41,386 nucleotides of DNA, from assembly GCA_945228905.1 (NCBI GenBank), contig CALYOH010000003.1, forward strand, positions 1-41,386, read 5' to 3'. The position numbers and the translations under genes were made by a program. The notes beneath the pieces were generated by a model. The model was given only the letters and a program-made list of their open reading frames with translations. It was not told where the DNA came from and made no database searches. Source of the DNA: an uncultured Bacillales bacterium (lineage in GTDB: Bacteria > Bacillota_I > Bacilli_A > RF39 > UBA660). Numbering within the stretch: position 1 is the stretch's first letter; each line of letters starts with the position of its first letter. Below are positions 40,179 through 41,386 of the stretch, one piece after another.

Positions 40179-41381
40179 ATGAAATTGTTTTATAAATGTA
40201 TTGATATATTTAAAAAAATAAAAAAAGAATATATTATTATGTTTTTAGTAACGAACTTTCTTTTTATGCCTTTTTTGTCTCTTAATTTTAATAATGGTCA
40301 TGATACATTATTCCATTTAACTAATATAGAAGCTATTACTAAAATGATATTAAACCTTAATATTAGTAAAATAACTCCATATCTTGCAGGTAATCATGGA
40401 TATGGAACAATGATCTTTTATCCTAATTTACCACATATAGTATCGGGAATAATAAATATACCATTCTATCTATTAGGTAAAGGACCAATATATTCAATGA
40501 AGATAGTTTATTTTATAATAACTTTCTTATCAGCTCTTTTTATGTATAAACTAGTCTTCTTATTAACAAAAAATAAAAACAAATCACTATTATCTTCAAT
40601 AGTATATATCACAATGCCATATCTATTATGTGATATCTATATAAGAGGATCATTTAATGAATCTTTTATATTTGTATTTATGCCAATGGTTCTAATAGGT
40701 TTAATAAACTTATTAAATGATAATAAAAAAGGGTTTTATATTTATTTTATAATAGGATACTTAGGAATGATTAATTCACATCTTGTATTATCAGTATATT
40801 TCACATTCTTAGTAATAGTATTTATGCTATTTAATATAAAGAAATACATAAAGAATATAAAACCACTATTGTTAGGAAGTATAATTCTACTATTATTAAT
40901 ACTTCCAGATATGGCCTTATTAATAGAACATAAGAACTTAGGTATTTATACAATTTTTAAAGGAGAATTAGTCTCTTCCACAGTAGAAATGACTAAAGGA
41001 TTGGGATTAACTCTAAAAGACTATATTATTCCAGGAATGGATGAATATGATTTATTTAAATATATAAATATAATTCCATTAATATTAATGATTATAGGTA
41101 TAATAGTTGGAATAAAAGATAAAAAGAATAGAAATATATATTTAGGATTATTAAGTATATTAGTTTTATCAGTAATATTAAGTTTAAAAATATTCCCATA
41201 TGAATATTTACCAAAACTATTATTATCAATACAATTTGCTTATAGAAATATGTGTTTTGTAATACTAATAGTAAGTATATTCGCAGGTATCGGATTAAGT
41301 AAATTCAAAACTAATTATCACTTACCAATTATTTATATTCTATTATTATTTTTCCTGGTTTTTTTACATTTAATTCTATAA
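40179..41381 (+). CDS. Membrane protein of the PTPS-related/YfhO-like GT-C group, probably 3'-truncated
   Basis: GHDTLFHL, G.GYG...FYP.L, Y...PY...D...RG...E, SH, IQFAYR. The apparent stop lies in a suspect contig-end segment. Confidence 0.7.
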   Translation: MKLFYKCIDIFKKIKKEYIIMFLVTNFLFMPFLSLNFNNGHDTLFHLTNIEAITKMILNLNISKITPYLAGNHGYGTMIFYPNLPHIVSGIINIPFYLLGKGPIYSMKIVYFIITFLSALFMYKLVFLLTKNKNKSLLSSIVYITMPYLLCDIYIRGSFNESFIFVFMPMVLIGLINLLNDNKKGFYIYFIIGYLGMINSHLVLSVYFTFLVIVFMLFNIKKYIKNIKPLLLGSIILLLLILPDMALLIEHKNLGIYTIFKGELVSSTVEMTKGLGLTLKDYIIPGMDEYDLFKYINIIPLILMIIGIIVGIKDKKNRNIYLGLLSILVLSVILSLKIFPYEYLPKLLLSIQFAYRNMCFVILIVSIFAGIGLSKFKTNYHLPIIYILLLFFLVFLHLIL

Positions 41382-41386
41382 AGCCT

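Overview
A very AT-rich chromosomal contig from a Bacillota genome using standard code 11 (TGG = Trp, TGA = stop at gatB). By gene style it is probably an RF39-like, host-associated Bacilli MAG; that assignment is inference. Both ends look artefactual: nt 1-44 are an untrimmed Illumina Nextera adapter with index, and the last ~50 nt appear to be an inverted piece of the final gene. The left part holds housekeeping genes (ligA, gatCAB, an M29 aminopeptidase) interleaved with uncharacterised genes: a VPNTA-anchored surface protein, an HExxH protein and a transglutaminase-like lipoprotein. The middle is a cell-envelope block: a sensor with a degenerate GGDEF domain, YihY, an LTA synthase, an LCP-PASTA protein, a GH73 autolysin and a 6xPASTA protein. 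Three decayed elements missed by the ORF track lie between genes: an IS30-derived miniature element, a VbhA-antitoxin-like pseudogene and a type IV pilin pseudogene. The right 15 kb is a surface-glycan locus and the best candidate for an undescribed system. It has a Wzy/WaaL-GT4 fusion, two soluble GT2s, two GtrB-like polyprenyl-P-sugar synthases, and a UbiA-type polyprenyl-P phosphoribosyltransferase plus HAD phosphatase with no DprE1/E2 epimerase in view. It also has four GT-C-like membrane proteins, one fused to a six-hairpin-glycosidase-like domain. Together these suggest lipid-linked pentofuranose (possibly ribofuranose) decoration of a Gram-positive wall polymer or protein. All family calls come from motif recognition by eye; no searches were run.
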